Below are positions 1 to 9,900 of a stretch of 64,000 bases of DNA, piece after piece. The notes under the pieces are model-generated. The model was not told where the DNA came from. It did not search any database and worked only from the letters and a program-made list of their open reading frames with translations. The stretch comes from Candidatus Latescibacterota bacterium (GTDB lineage: Bacteria; Latescibacterota; UBA2968; GCA-2709665). Location of the stretch: positions 1,152,001 to 1,216,000 of the forward strand of contig OZ244937.1 in NCBI GenBank assembly GCA_965222075.1. The letters are read 5' to 3'. The stretch's first letter is position 1; each line of letters opens with the position of its first letter. The position numbers were made by a program, and so were the translations under genes.

Positions 1-2
1 AG

Positions 3-1241
3 AAAAGTGAGAAGATGTCAAGCCTCATCGGCGGACTCATGACAGGAATTCTGCGGGGCGAAGCGGCCAAGTTCATTAAGTCGTGCCTCCACGCAGCGGC
101 AGCCGATAAAGAATCCGCGTACCGGTCCTGCCTCACCGGATTTCTGTGGAAGGCGGGCCCCGACCTTGTCGCCGCGATTATCGCTGACACCGAGCGCTCT
201 GGCACGCCCGCCACCTTGACCACGCTGCTTCTGTGCATGCCGTTCAGGGCGACGACCTGGCGCCGGCTTGACAACAAACCGTCCGACTTCCGGGACATGT
301 ACTGGAAAAGGGTGGAACCTCGAACCTGGAGGGGTGGAGAAGAAGAGATCAACGAATCCGTCGGGATGTTGCTTGCTGTGGACCGCGCCCCGACCGCCTT
401 TCGGGCAGCCCTCGTAGCGTGGGACCAGGTCGAGACGCCGCTGCTGATACGGCTCCTCCATGCCTTGTCTGTCGCCGATTCGGAAGATTTTTTGAATGAT
501 CCCACGACCGACGACTATAACATCTCAGTGGCGTTCGATGCGCTCGACAAGCGGCCCGGCGTCACGGTCGAGGAAAAAGCCCAACTCGAGTACGTCTATC
601 TTACGCGGCTCGACCGAAGTGAACATGGCATTCCCAATCTTGAAAAACACATCGCCGCGTCGCCCAGGTTCTACGCGCTGGCAATCGCATGCGTATCGCG
701 ACGCGCGGATGGTGGGGAAGATCCGCCTGAATTAAGGTTTGGCGATCCCGAACGGCTTTCGGCAATCGTCAGCGCGGCTCGTAGGCTTCTCTACCGAGTC
801 CGCCGTATCCCCGGCACCGACGGGAAGGGGAACATTGATGCCAAAGAATTGAAGGCCTGGCTCCGTGAGGTCCGCTCATGGTGTGCGCGGCACGACCGCG
901 CAGAAATTGGCGACCATAAGATCGGCCGGTTTTTGGCTCACGCTCCGGACGACGACGGCGTCTGGCCGTGCCGACCCGTTTGTGAAGCACTGGAATGGAT
1001 GGCCTCTGAAGAAGTCGCTCGCGGCTTCGAGATCGGCGCGCGGAATAGGCGAGGCGCCTATTTGAGAGGCGAAGGCGGCGATCAGGAACGCGATCTGGCG
1101 GCGCGCTACCGCGCCTGGGCCCGTGAGCTTGTCTACGGCTACCCCTATGTCGGCGCCGTGCTGGAGCGTATCGCCACCCTGTGCGACCACGAAGCAGGAT
1201 GGCAAGACACCGAGTCGGAGGTCATGCTTGGGGGATGGTGA
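3..1241 (+). CDS. C-terminal part of a large uncharacterised helical protein (5' truncated by window edge)
   Basis: Frame open from base 3. The C-terminal motif RGAYLRGEGGDQERDLAARYRAWA...YPYVGAVLERIA resembles, from memory, the tail of large HTH/HigA-annotated hypothetical proteins. Confidence 0.6.
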   Translation, partial: KSEKMSSLIGGLMTGILRGEAAKFIKSCLHAAAADKESAYRSCLTGFLWKAGPDLVAAIIADTERSGTPATLTTLLLCMPFRATTWRRLDNKPSDFRDMYWKRVEPRTWRGGEEEINESVGMLLAVDRAPTAFRAALVAWDQVETPLLIRLLHALSVADSEDFLNDPTTDDYNISVAFDALDKRPGVTVEEKAQLEYVYLTRLDRSEHGIPNLEKHIAASPRFYALAIACVSRRADGGEDPPELRFGDPERLSAIVSAARRLLYRVRRIPGTDGKGNIDAKELKAWLREVRSWCARHDRAEIGDHKIGRFLAHAPDDDGVWPCRPVCEALEWMASEEVARGFEIGARNRRGAYLRGEGGDQERDLAARYRAWARELVYGYPYVGAVLERIATLCDHEAGWQDTESEVMLGGW

Positions 1242-1277
1242 ATGCCATCTCCCTTTACATCAAGGCGAAAATTCCAC

Positions 1278-1306
1278 TTGACATTAAACCAGTACAACTT
1301 TAATGT
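1278..1306 (+). promoter_or_regulatory. amtB promoter region with inverted-repeat operator
   Basis: TTGACA at 1278-1283 overlapping ACATTAAA-N10-TTTAATGT (1281-1306). Confidence 0.55.
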
Positions 1307-1369
1307 AATATGGTCAGGTGATTTTTGCGTTTTCGACCTATTTACCGGCTGATACAAGGGAGGGGTATC

Positions 1370-2701
1370 ATGAAGTGGCGAAAATACTCGGCGCTGGTTG
1401 GGGGCACGCTCTTATTGGCTTTGCTGGCCTTGCCCGAAGCGGCTTTCGCCGGTCAGTTGGACACTGGAGACACGGCCTGGATCATCACAGCAACGGCACT
1501 CGTGTTATTCATGACCCTACCCGGTCTCGCCATGTTCTACGCCGGCTTGGTTCCGTCGAAAAACGTGCTCTCTTTGTTCATGCAGTGTTTCGGCATAACC
1601 GCCCTGGTCACTGTGCTCTGGATCATCTACGGTTACAGCATCGTTTTTGATTCGGCCGGCATGGTCGCAGGGGAACGCGGATTGCACGCCTTTGTCGGCG
1701 GATTGGGCAAGGCGTTCCTCAGCGACGTGACCCCCGATGCTCTGACAGGCACCATTCCGGAGCCGATTTTCGTCGCATTTCAGCTCACCTTCGCCATCAT
1801 CACCCCCGCCCTCATGGTCGGCGCTTTCGCCGGACGGATGAAATTTTCGGCCGTCTTGTGGTTTACCGGACTGTGGGTTACGGTGGTCTATTTCCCCATC
1901 GCTCACATGGTCTGGGGCGGAGAGGGCTCCTACTTCGGCGACATGGGGGTCTTCGACTTCGCCGGTGGCATCGTCGTGCACATGACCGCAGGTTTTTCGG
2001 CTCTGGTAGCCTGTATTGTCGTCGGCAAGCGGAAAGTGCACCTGGGGCAGACTGCGCCGCCTCACAATATCCCCATGGTCTTGACTGGAATGGCCATACT
2101 CTGGGTGGGCTGGTTCGGCTTCAACGGCGGCAGCGCGCTGGCTGCCAACGGCCAGGCCACCATGGCCTTGCTGGTTACCCAGATCTCAGCCTCCCTCGGG
2201 GCTTTGACCTGGATCGTCATAGAGTGGATTCGATACGGCAAACCCACTGCTGTAGGGTTTGCAACCGGGGCCATCGCCGGTCTCGCCGCCATCACGCCGG
2301 CTTCCGGAACCGTGGGCCCGATCGGCGCTTTGGTTATCGGCATCACCGCCGGGTTAATCTGTTATTATGCCTCTACCATATTCAAGTTCAAAGTCGGCTA
2401 TGATGATACCCTGGATGTGGTGGGCGTCCACGGCGTCGGCGGTCTTATCGGCGTGATCCTCGTAGGGATTTTCGCCTCTTCCATGTTTGGCGGATCGGAA
2501 GCTGGGTTGGACATCGGGAACCAGTTGAAAGTTCAGATCTTTGCCGCCATCTTCACTTTCATCTATTCCGTTGTGGTTTCTTTCCTTCTGCTGAAGATTG
2601 TTGACGCTATCGTCGGACTGCGCATCCACGACGAAGGGGAGGCCATCGGACTCGACGTCAGCGATCACGGCGAAACCGGTTACACGCATGTAGAGAGGTA
2701 G
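1370..2701 (+). CDS. amtB: Ammonium transporter AmtB
   Basis: Motifs FMTLPGLAMFYAG, FQLTFAIITPAL, DFAGGIVVH, WFGFNGGS, DDTLDVVGVHG; signal peptide; RBS GGGAGGGG before ATG 1370. Confidence 0.97.
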   Translation: MKWRKYSALVGGTLLLALLALPEAAFAGQLDTGDTAWIITATALVLFMTLPGLAMFYAGLVPSKNVLSLFMQCFGITALVTVLWIIYGYSIVFDSAGMVAGERGLHAFVGGLGKAFLSDVTPDALTGTIPEPIFVAFQLTFAIITPALMVGAFAGRMKFSAVLWFTGLWVTVVYFPIAHMVWGGEGSYFGDMGVFDFAGGIVVHMTAGFSALVACIVVGKRKVHLGQTAPPHNIPMVLTGMAILWVGWFGFNGGSALAANGQATMALLVTQISASLGALTWIVIEWIRYGKPTAVGFATGAIAGLAAITPASGTVGPIGALVIGITAGLICYYASTIFKFKVGYDDTLDVVGVHGVGGLIGVILVGIFASSMFGGSEAGLDIGNQLKVQIFAAIFTFIYSVVVSFLLLKIVDAIVGLRIHDEGEAIGLDVSDHGETGYTHVER

Positions 2702-2711
2702 CTGAGGCAAC

Positions 2712-2745
2712 AAACAATCCCCCCGGGGCCGGAGGGGTTGTTTTG
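2712..2745 (+). terminator. Hairpin after amtB
   Basis: AAACAATCCCC...GGGGTTGTTT stem followed by Ts. Confidence 0.55.
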
Positions 2746-2854
2746 CTTGAGTTAATATATTGTTTATAAAGAAGTTTATGAAGGTTTCAATAACTTTTGG
2801 TCTCAGTAAAATCCTGATCGGAAATTACTGGAAACGATTGGAGGAATAAAAAAT

Positions 2855-3565
2855 ATGTCAAGCCGAATACGTGTTATCGTCCTGACCCTGAGCCTGCTTG
2901 TCAGCCCTGCATTCGCCCAGCAGCAGGAGATTTCCGTTGAAGCCGGTGCAGACCTTTTCTCCCAATATCTCTTTCGGGGCGCGGTCATTACAGACAAGCT
3001 TACCCTGCAGCCTGCCATCACCCTCGGCTTTGGAGACTCCGGCTTCTCCTTCAACGTCTGGGGTTCCGCTGCCGTCCTGGACCGGAGAACTCTTGACCAG
3101 GGCGATGAACTCGACTTCACCGTTACACTGGATCGCAGTTTGGATGCAGGGGACAAAAGCGTCGGGCTTTCGGTGGGTTATATCCAATACACCTTTCCCA
3201 GTCTCTCAACAGGCACCAAACATTCCGAGGAATTCTTCGTCGGCCTGAGTCTGGACAATCCGATCGCCCCGTCCCTAACCCTCTACTACGACTTCGGCGC
3301 CTTCGATGTGTGGTATCTCAACGGCGCTGTTGGTCGCGAGTTCCCCCTGAAACCCGAAAGCAATATTATGCTGGGGGTTTCGGGCGACATCGGGTTCAGC
3401 GACGCCACCGGCAGCTTCACGTTCAACCACATCGGTGTGTCGGCTTCTCTCAACGTCAGCCGGGGCGCCGTGTCATTTTCACCTACCATCGGCATTCTTT
3501 ACTCAGACAAAGAACTCAATGCCGACGAAACCGAAATCTGGGGCGGTATCAGTGTGAGTTTTTAA
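2855..3565 (+). CDS. TorF-like putative outer-membrane porin
   Basis: Signal peptide, DLFSQYLFRG...LQP, GYIQYTFP, alternating beta pattern, C-terminal Phe; adjacent to amtB. Confidence 0.75.
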   Translation: MSSRIRVIVLTLSLLVSPAFAQQQEISVEAGADLFSQYLFRGAVITDKLTLQPAITLGFGDSGFSFNVWGSAAVLDRRTLDQGDELDFTVTLDRSLDAGDKSVGLSVGYIQYTFPSLSTGTKHSEEFFVGLSLDNPIAPSLTLYYDFGAFDVWYLNGAVGREFPLKPESNIMLGVSGDIGFSDATGSFTFNHIGVSASLNVSRGAVSFSPTIGILYSDKELNADETEIWGGISVSF

Positions 3566-3660
3566 GAAGTTGCCTGGAAAATAGGATACCCGGGTTCAAC
3601 TGCTTTTTTGTTCATGGCCTTTTTCTTGTTCGCCCAAGAAAAAGGCCGAAAAAGAAGGGC

Positions 3661-3695
3661 GCCTGCCTGCGCGGCGCACCGCGCTGCAGGCAGGC
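3661..3695. repeat. 35-bp palindromic element, type A (intergenic)
   Basis: GCCTGCCTGCGCGGCGCACCGCGCTGCAGGCAGGC; identical copies at 8196-8230 (reverse) and 32319-32353, near-identical at 25377-25411. Confidence 0.95.
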
Positions 3696-3706
3696 CGCTC
3701 AGACGC

Positions 3707-3742
3707 CGCCTGTCTGCGTGCGTGTCCGCACGCAGACAGGCG
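3707..3742. repeat. 36-bp palindromic element, related type B
   Basis: CGCCTGTCTGCGTGCG-TGTC-CGCACGCAGACAGGCG, perfect 16-bp stem. Confidence 0.9.
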
Positions 3743-4000
3743 CTTTTGCAGCAGTACACCACGAAAATCGAGGACCATCAGAGAGATAGACGTTATGAGT
3801 TTTGGCAGTAAGTCTTTTCTTAAGGGTATGATAACAGGGTTGGTTCTGACGATGATCGTGGGTCTTCTGGGGTACCGTTTTCTTTTTCCGTCTTCGGATG
3901 AAAACAAGGCCGGAGAAAAGAGTTGACCACCGCAAGGTCCCGAGGCCCGGAGTCCGGGACCGGCTGAGACATCGCATGCTGTGAAAGGAGGTAGCGTCTT

Positions 4001-4435
4001 ATGGATACGTTCAGGCGAATCGTCGGTGTGGTTCTCATCGTCACTGCGGTTGTGGTCGCAGTTCACACGGTTATCGAGCCGCTGTATTACACTTCCACCG
4101 AAGCCAGTCCGTACAGCCCGCATTGGGGCAAGATTAACCCGCTTATGGTGCTGGCGGTCGTGCTGGGTGTGATTTTCGGCTACATCCGCAAGAGAAGCGT
4201 TGACCGCGAGGGCGGCGATGCGCCGGTGACCCGCGAGTTTCTGGCAGCCAACACGCTGTTCTACGGTTTCCTGTTCGTTGGCATCCTGTTCTTCTGGAAC
4301 TGGTTCAATCTCCTCAGTCCCGCATTCACCGCAGTGGGAATGGATACGGTCTCTCTGGTGTGGATCATCATCGACACCGGGCTGCCGCTGCTGGCGGTCG
4401 TGCTGGGCCTATCCCTGCTGAGCGGCGACAAGTAA
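4001..4435 (+). CDS. Hypothetical membrane protein (about 4 TM helices)
   Basis: Strong RBS AAGGAGGT; four hydrophobic segments. Confidence 0.8.
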   Translation: MDTFRRIVGVVLIVTAVVVAVHTVIEPLYYTSTEASPYSPHWGKINPLMVLAVVLGVIFGYIRKRSVDREGGDAPVTREFLAANTLFYGFLFVGILFFWNWFNLLSPAFTAVGMDTVSLVWIIIDTGLPLLAVVLGLSLLSGDK

Positions 4436-4549
4436 GCCGCCAGCAGGTCAACGACGCCTTTTGGGGGGCATCTGAGCCACATACCGAGAGGTCAAACGCT
4501 GGAGTGGGGTTTCAGTACTGGGCGCAGAGGATAGACCCAGATGCGGAAC

Positions 4550-4582
4550 GGGCCTGTGAGGAGGTGGACAGGCCCTTTTTTT
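4550..4582 (+). terminator. Rho-independent terminator
   Basis: GGGCCTGT-N10-ACAGGCCC followed by a T run. Confidence 0.7.
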
Positions 4583-4677
4583 GTTCGCCGGCTCAAAACG
4601 ATTTATCGTGGGAGGGCGTAAAGCGACTTTTCTTTTTCCGAAATCTGTCTTATATTTCAAAAAAGAATCCGCCTGAT

Positions 4678-4709
4678 GAATACATGAGACAGATCTGTCT
4701 CATGTATTC
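4678..4709. promoter_or_regulatory. Perfect 32-bp palindrome, candidate enhancer (UAS) for gdhA
   Basis: GAATACATGAGACAGA|TCTGTCTCATGTATTC about 90 bp upstream of a sigma54 promoter. Confidence 0.6.
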
Positions 4710-4798
4710 TCTCCAAAGCTTCTCAGGTTGGGCCGGGAATTTTTGTATCGGTTTTAAAAACAATATGTTAATTCCTGACTCTCCAAATTTTGATTCCC

Positions 4799-4814
4799 TG
4801 GCACGACTATTGCC
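4799..4814 (+). promoter_or_regulatory. sigma54 (-24/-12) promoter of gdhA
   Basis: TGGCACG-ACTA-TTGC matches TGGCACG-N4-TTGC; IHF-like AAACAAtatgTTA at 4758-4770. Confidence 0.8.
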
Positions 4815-4878
4815 TGAGTAAATAGTAGAGGGTCTCCCACAAAGCAGACGAAATCCGTAAAGCAGATAGGAGGGTGTG

Positions 4879-6171
4879 ATGGACCGATTCAGTGGTGGAA
4901 GTGACGTGATGGTGATGGAAATGGGTGAGGCGCTGAACCCGCTGGCGATTGCCCGGCAGCAGCTGGACAATGTGGCCGAGCGGCTCAACCTGGATCAGTT
5001 CTTGTACGAACGGCTGAGGCACCCGAGGCGGACGATTAGCGTTTCTGTTCCGGTGGTGATGGACGACGGCTCGGTTCAGGTTTTTACCGGATATCGGGTG
5101 CATCACAACCTCTTTAGAGGGCCGGCCAAAGGGGGCATCCGCTACCATCCGGACGTGACGCTGGATGAGGTGAGCGCCCTGGCGATGTGGATGACGTGGA
5201 AGTGTGCACTGGTGGATATCCCGTTCGGGGGCGCCAAAGGAGGGGTGATCTGCAATCCGAAGGAGATGAGTCTGGGAGAACAGGAGCGGATGACGCGTCG
5301 GTTGACGGCGGAGCTGATGATTATCCTGGGCCCCGACAAGGATATTCCGGCGCCTGATGTGAATACGAATGCACAGACGATGGGCTGGATTCTGGATACC
5401 TACAGTATGAATGTCGGCCATTCGGTTCCAAGCGTGGTAACAGGCAAGCCGCTTTCCGTGGGCGGGTCCCGGGGGCGGGAGGAGGCCACGGGGCGGGGCT
5501 GCATTCGCACCGTGCTGGAGGCGTTGAAGCACCTGGAGATCGAGGTGGAGGGGGTGCGGGTGGCGGTGCAGGGGTTTGGAAATGTGGGAAAGATCGCGGC
5601 CGGTTTGATCCAGGGAAGGGGGGCCAGCATTGTGGCAGTGAGCGATTCGCGGGGGGGAATCTACAATCCGAACGGGCTGGATGTGGAGGGGGTTGCCGCT
5701 CATAAGGCGGAGACGGGTCAGGTGGCGGGGTTCCCAGAGGCGGATGGGGTGACAAACGAGGAGGTGCTGGAGCTGGACTGCGACGTGCTGATTCCGGCGG
5801 CCCTGGAGAACCAGATTACAGGACAGAATGCGGATCGCATCCGGGCGAAGGTGGTGGCCGAAGGGGCCAACGGACCCACGATACCGGCTGCGGACGAGAT
5901 CCTCTACGACCGGGGTATTTTCCTGATTCCGGATATCCTGGCGAATGCCGGCGGGGTGACAGTCTCCTATTTTGAATGGGTGCAGGGGCTGATGCAGTTT
6001 TTCTGGTCGGAGGAGGAGGTCAATGAGAAATTGAGGACTATTATGCATAAGGCCTTTCACGATACCCTGGAAGTTTCCATCCGGGAGAAGGTGGATATGC
6101 GGGTTGCGGCCTATCTGCTGGCGGTATCGCGGACGGCCGAGGCCGGAAAGACGCTGGGCGTGTACCCGTAG
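4879..6171 (+). CDS. gdhA: Glutamate dehydrogenase (Glu/Leu/Phe/Val family)
   Basis: GPAKGGIRY, MTWKCA, GGAKGG, APDVNT, QGFGNVG, ANAGGVTVSYFEW. Confidence 0.95.
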   Translation: MDRFSGGSDVMVMEMGEALNPLAIARQQLDNVAERLNLDQFLYERLRHPRRTISVSVPVVMDDGSVQVFTGYRVHHNLFRGPAKGGIRYHPDVTLDEVSALAMWMTWKCALVDIPFGGAKGGVICNPKEMSLGEQERMTRRLTAELMIILGPDKDIPAPDVNTNAQTMGWILDTYSMNVGHSVPSVVTGKPLSVGGSRGREEATGRGCIRTVLEALKHLEIEVEGVRVAVQGFGNVGKIAAGLIQGRGASIVAVSDSRGGIYNPNGLDVEGVAAHKAETGQVAGFPEADGVTNEEVLELDCDVLIPAALENQITGQNADRIRAKVVAEGANGPTIPAADEILYDRGIFLIPDILANAGGVTVSYFEWVQGLMQFFWSEEEVNEKLRTIMHKAFHDTLEVSIREKVDMRVAAYLLAVSRTAEAGKTLGVYP

Positions 6172-6197
6172 GCAGGCTGCGGTAGGGATCGACGATG

Positions 6198-6230
6198 AAC
6201 ACCCCTGGAGGGATCCCCTCCAGGGGTGTT
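6198..6230. terminator. Hairpin between convergent gdhA and rraA-like genes
   Basis: AACACCCCTGGAGG-GATCC-CCTCCAGGGGTGTT. Confidence 0.75.
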
Positions 6231-6237
6231 TGTATTG

Positions 6238-6981
6238 TTATGAACTTTTCTCATCTTCCTCGGCAGCGTATGAATGCCCGTCGAAGATCGCTCTGACCTC
6301 CGCCGCCGTTTTCGCATTTTGCAATGCCTGAATTCGGGTTTCTTCTTCTTTTTGCAGCGCTTGAACACTGGCCAGGACGGCCTCAAGCCTGTCGCCTGGA
6401 AATTTGCAGGCGCCATTTTCGTCCATGTGGATAATCTCACCCGGAGAGACATCCATGCCCGCCACGGTGACGGGTACGTTGACCGCATGCACGGCCATGG
6501 CGCCGTGTCCTGCGGTGACGCCGCTGAGCATGTACTGGAACTTCATCGGACGTATTTCATCGATGTCCCTTGAAGGACCATTGGAGATGGCGCCCACACA
6601 CCCCACAGCGCTCATTGCACTTGTCATATTCCCCCCGGCCAGTCCGACCTTACCGGCTATCTCGGGTGGGAATTTTTGCTGAAAGACCAGAATCGACGGT
6701 TTTTTTGATTTATCCAGCGCGTCAATCACATCCATAAAGGACAGGCGCGCATAGTTCGGATCGGGCAATCCGAATACACATGTGACGGCATATCCAACGG
6801 TTCTGCCCAGTTCAGGATAGATGCAGCGGATGGATTGGTCGGTGTACCAGTTCTCGGTCCAGGGGTTGTAAAGACCCAAACAGAGAGGGCTTTGGGGATA
6901 GGTGGCCACGACATTGGTGATTGACGGTGTGTCGTGGTTTCGCAACGCCTCTAATATTTCCTGCTCAGCCGGTTTTGCCAC
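6238..6981 (-). CDS. RraA family / HMG aldolase-like protein
   Basis: DTPSITN, GYAVT, NGPSRDIDEI, VSPGEIIHMDENG; overlaps the purL stop. Confidence 0.85.
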   Translation of the reverse strand: MAKPAEQEILEALRNHDTPSITNVVATYPQSPLCLGLYNPWTENWYTDQSIRCIYPELGRTVGYAVTCVFGLPDPNYARLSFMDVIDALDKSKKPSILVFQQKFPPEIAGKVGLAGGNMTSAMSAVGCVGAISNGPSRDIDEIRPMKFQYMLSGVTAGHGAMAVHAVNVPVTVAGMDVSPGEIIHMDENGACKFPGDRLEAVLASVQALQKEEETRIQALQNAKTAAEVRAIFDGHSYAAEEDEKSS

Positions 6982-9900
6982 GGGTCACCTCCTTGGTGAT
7001 ATCGGGTTGGATCTGCTCGCACCAGGCTCTGGCGTTTTGGAACATGGTGAGCCAGGGGGAGGCGTTGAGATCGCGCCTCCAGTTCTGGGGCATAAAGCCC
7101 CACTGCCATTTGAGGAAGGTCCGCTCGGGATGGGGCATCATGGCCAGGTGGCGGCCGTCCGGCGAGCAGAGGGCCGCGATGCCGTCGGGAGAACCGTTGG
7201 GGTTAAAGGGATAGATCCCGGTGATGCGGCCGTTGTCGTCCACATAGCGGATGGGGGCCAGGTTCCGGGCTTTCACTTTGTTCAGGATATCCTGGTCGGA
7301 GAAGAAGGCCCGTCCCTCTCCGTGGGCGACCCAGATGCCGAGGGTGGCGCCTTCCATGCCCTGCAGCATGACCGCCGGGCTTTTCCGGATCTGCACGGTG
7401 GTGAAGCGGGACTCGAAGCGGCCGGAAGTATTCTGGATGAAGCGGGGCTGCACCCTGTGGGCGATGCCCTGCCAGGGCACCCAGCCCAGGAGGGCCATGA
7501 GCTGGCAGCCGTTGCATACGCCCAGGCTGAAGGTATCGGGGCGGTTGTAGAAGTCCTGAAACTGCTTCCAGAGGGTGGGGTTGAAGCGGATGGCTCCGGC
7601 CCAGCCCTTGGCCGAGTCTAAGACATCCGCGTAGCTGAACCCGCCCACGAAGGCGACGCCCTGGAAGGCATCCAAGCCGATGGTTGCGGCCAGGAGGTCG
7701 GACATGGCAACGTCCCAGGGCTCAAACCCGGCCGCGTAAAAGGCCGAGGTCATCTCCCGGTCGCCGTTGCTGCCCTCTTCTCGAAGGATGGCGATGCGGG
7801 GTTTGTTTTTGGACGCCAGGCGGGTGGGGGGGGTCGGTTCGGGAGTGAAGGGGAGCGAGTATTGGGGACCGGTCCGTTTCCGGAGGCCGGTCCGCTCCTG
7901 GTCCACGCAGTCGGGGTTGGCCTGAAGGCGGTCGAGCCGGTAGCTGGTCTCTTCCCAGAGGTCTCTGAGGTCCTTAACGTTGGCTTCAAGGACGGGCTGG
8001 CCGTTCAGGCGGATGCGGACGGTTTTGTCCGCTGTTGCGGCGCCGATGGCCAGGCAGGGTACGTCTGCCCGCCGGAAGGCCTCTAAGACGCGGGGTTCGT
8101 TTTCTGGGCTGACTTCGAGGAGGAGGCCGAGTTCTTCGGCGAAGAGAACGGGGAAGGGGTCGCCTGCCTCGTCGGCAGACAGGTGTGTGTCTCCGGCCTG
8201 CCTGCAGCGCGGTGCGCCGCGCAGGCAGGCGTTGAGGTCGACTTCGACGCCGCAGTTCCCGGCAAAAGCCATCTCTAAGAGGGCCGTGATGAGGCCGCCG
8301 TCGCTGCGGTCGTGGCCGGCGGTGATGGCGTCTTCGGCAATGAGCGTCTGGACGGCGTTGAAGGCCCGCTTGAGGAGGTTCGGATCATCGACGTCGGGCG
8401 CGTCGTTCCCGATCTGTTCGAAGACCTGCGCCAGGGTGGAACCGCCCAGCCGGTGTTTCCCGCCGCCCAGGTCGATGTAGAGGATGCGGCCGCTGCCGGG
8501 GTGTTTGAGGTCGGGGGTGACGGTTCTGGTGATGTCGGGGCAGGTGACGTAGGCGGAGATGACGAGGGCGCCGGGGGCCTTGACGGTCTCTTCCCCGCCC
8601 GGTCCATCCGGAGCGATGGCGGCCATGGAGAGGCTGTCTTTGCCGCCGTCGATGGCGATGCCGAGCCGGATGAGAACCTCGCGCAGGGCCACGGCGGCGG
8701 TGTAGAGGGCGGCGCCTTCGCCGGGGAGTTTGGCGGCCCACATCCAGTTGCCGGAGCATTTGACGTCTTCCAGGGCGCTGACCTGCGCCCAGACGAGGTT
8801 GGTGAGGGCCTCGCCGACGCCCATGCGGGCCATGGCAGCGGGATTGACCAGGCCTACGATGGGCTGTTCGCCGATGGCGGTGGCCGCGCCGGTGAGGCCG
8901 AAGTGGCTCTGAGCGATCACAGCGACATCGGCGACGGTAAGCTGGAGGGGGCCTGCGCACTGCTGCTGCGCGATGAGGCCGGTGACGCTGCGGTCGACTT
9001 TGCTGGTGAGGAAGCGTTTGGAGCCGACGGAAAGGAGGCGGAGCACCCGCTCTAAGGCGGCCTTGAAACTGAGGCCTTCCGGGAGGGCGAGGGGTTGCAG
9101 CACCGTCGGAATGCGCTCGAGTTCAAAGGTCTTTTGCGGCATGTCGCCCAGCACCCTGTCCAGGTCGAGGTTGACCGGGGTGGAGTTGTCGTGTTCGTCG
9201 TAGAGGACGACTTTTCCGTCTCCGGTGACCCGGCCCACAAAGGCGACCGGGACCTTTTCCCGCTCGCACAGGGCCTTGAAGCGGTCGGCGCGTTCCGGAC
9301 GGAGGAGGAGGGCGTCCTGTTCCTGGTATTCGGCGCCCCAGATTTCCAGGACGGAGAGGGTGTTATCGCCTACGGGGATCGCCCTGACGTTGATGCGGGC
9401 GCCCTGGGGAGCGACGATTTCTTTGAGGACGTTGCAGTTGCCGCCGGCGCCCTGGTCGTGGATGCTGACGATGGGATTGCCATCCCCCAGTTCGATGCAG
9501 GCGCGGATGACCCGGTTGGCCTTCTGCTCCATCTCCGCGTCGCCACGCTGGACGGCGTTGAAGTCGAGTTCGGCGATGTTTTTACCCTGGACCATGCTGG
9601 AGGCGGCACCCCCGCCCATGCCGATGCGATAGGCCGGACCGCCGATTTTGGCCACCCACATCTCCTTTTGGGGGCTGCCCTTTTCCACGTGCCGGGCGTC
9701 GATTTGCCCGATGCCCCCGCTGAACATGATCGGTTTGATCCATTCTCTGCGCTCGCCGCCCGGCAGCCGCAGCCCAAAGGCGCGGGTGTAGCCCTGGATG
9801 ACCGGCTCTCCGAATTTGTTGCCGTAGTCGGAGGCGCCGTTGCTGGCCTCGATCTCGATCCGGAGGGGCGAGGCCAGGTTGTCCGGGTAGAGGAAGTCGG

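Noticed and set aside
3661-3742. CRISPR repeats (35-36 bp palindromes)
   Set aside because: Copies are dispersed, not regularly spaced, and no cas genes are present.
3608-3811. Small ORFs spanning the palindrome pair
   Set aside because: Open only because the repeats lack stops; no RBS or domain signal.
3920-3985. Riboswitch in the leader of the 4001 membrane protein
   Set aside because: A GGTCCCG/CGGGACC stem exists but matches no aptamer I recognise; an Rfam scan would settle it.
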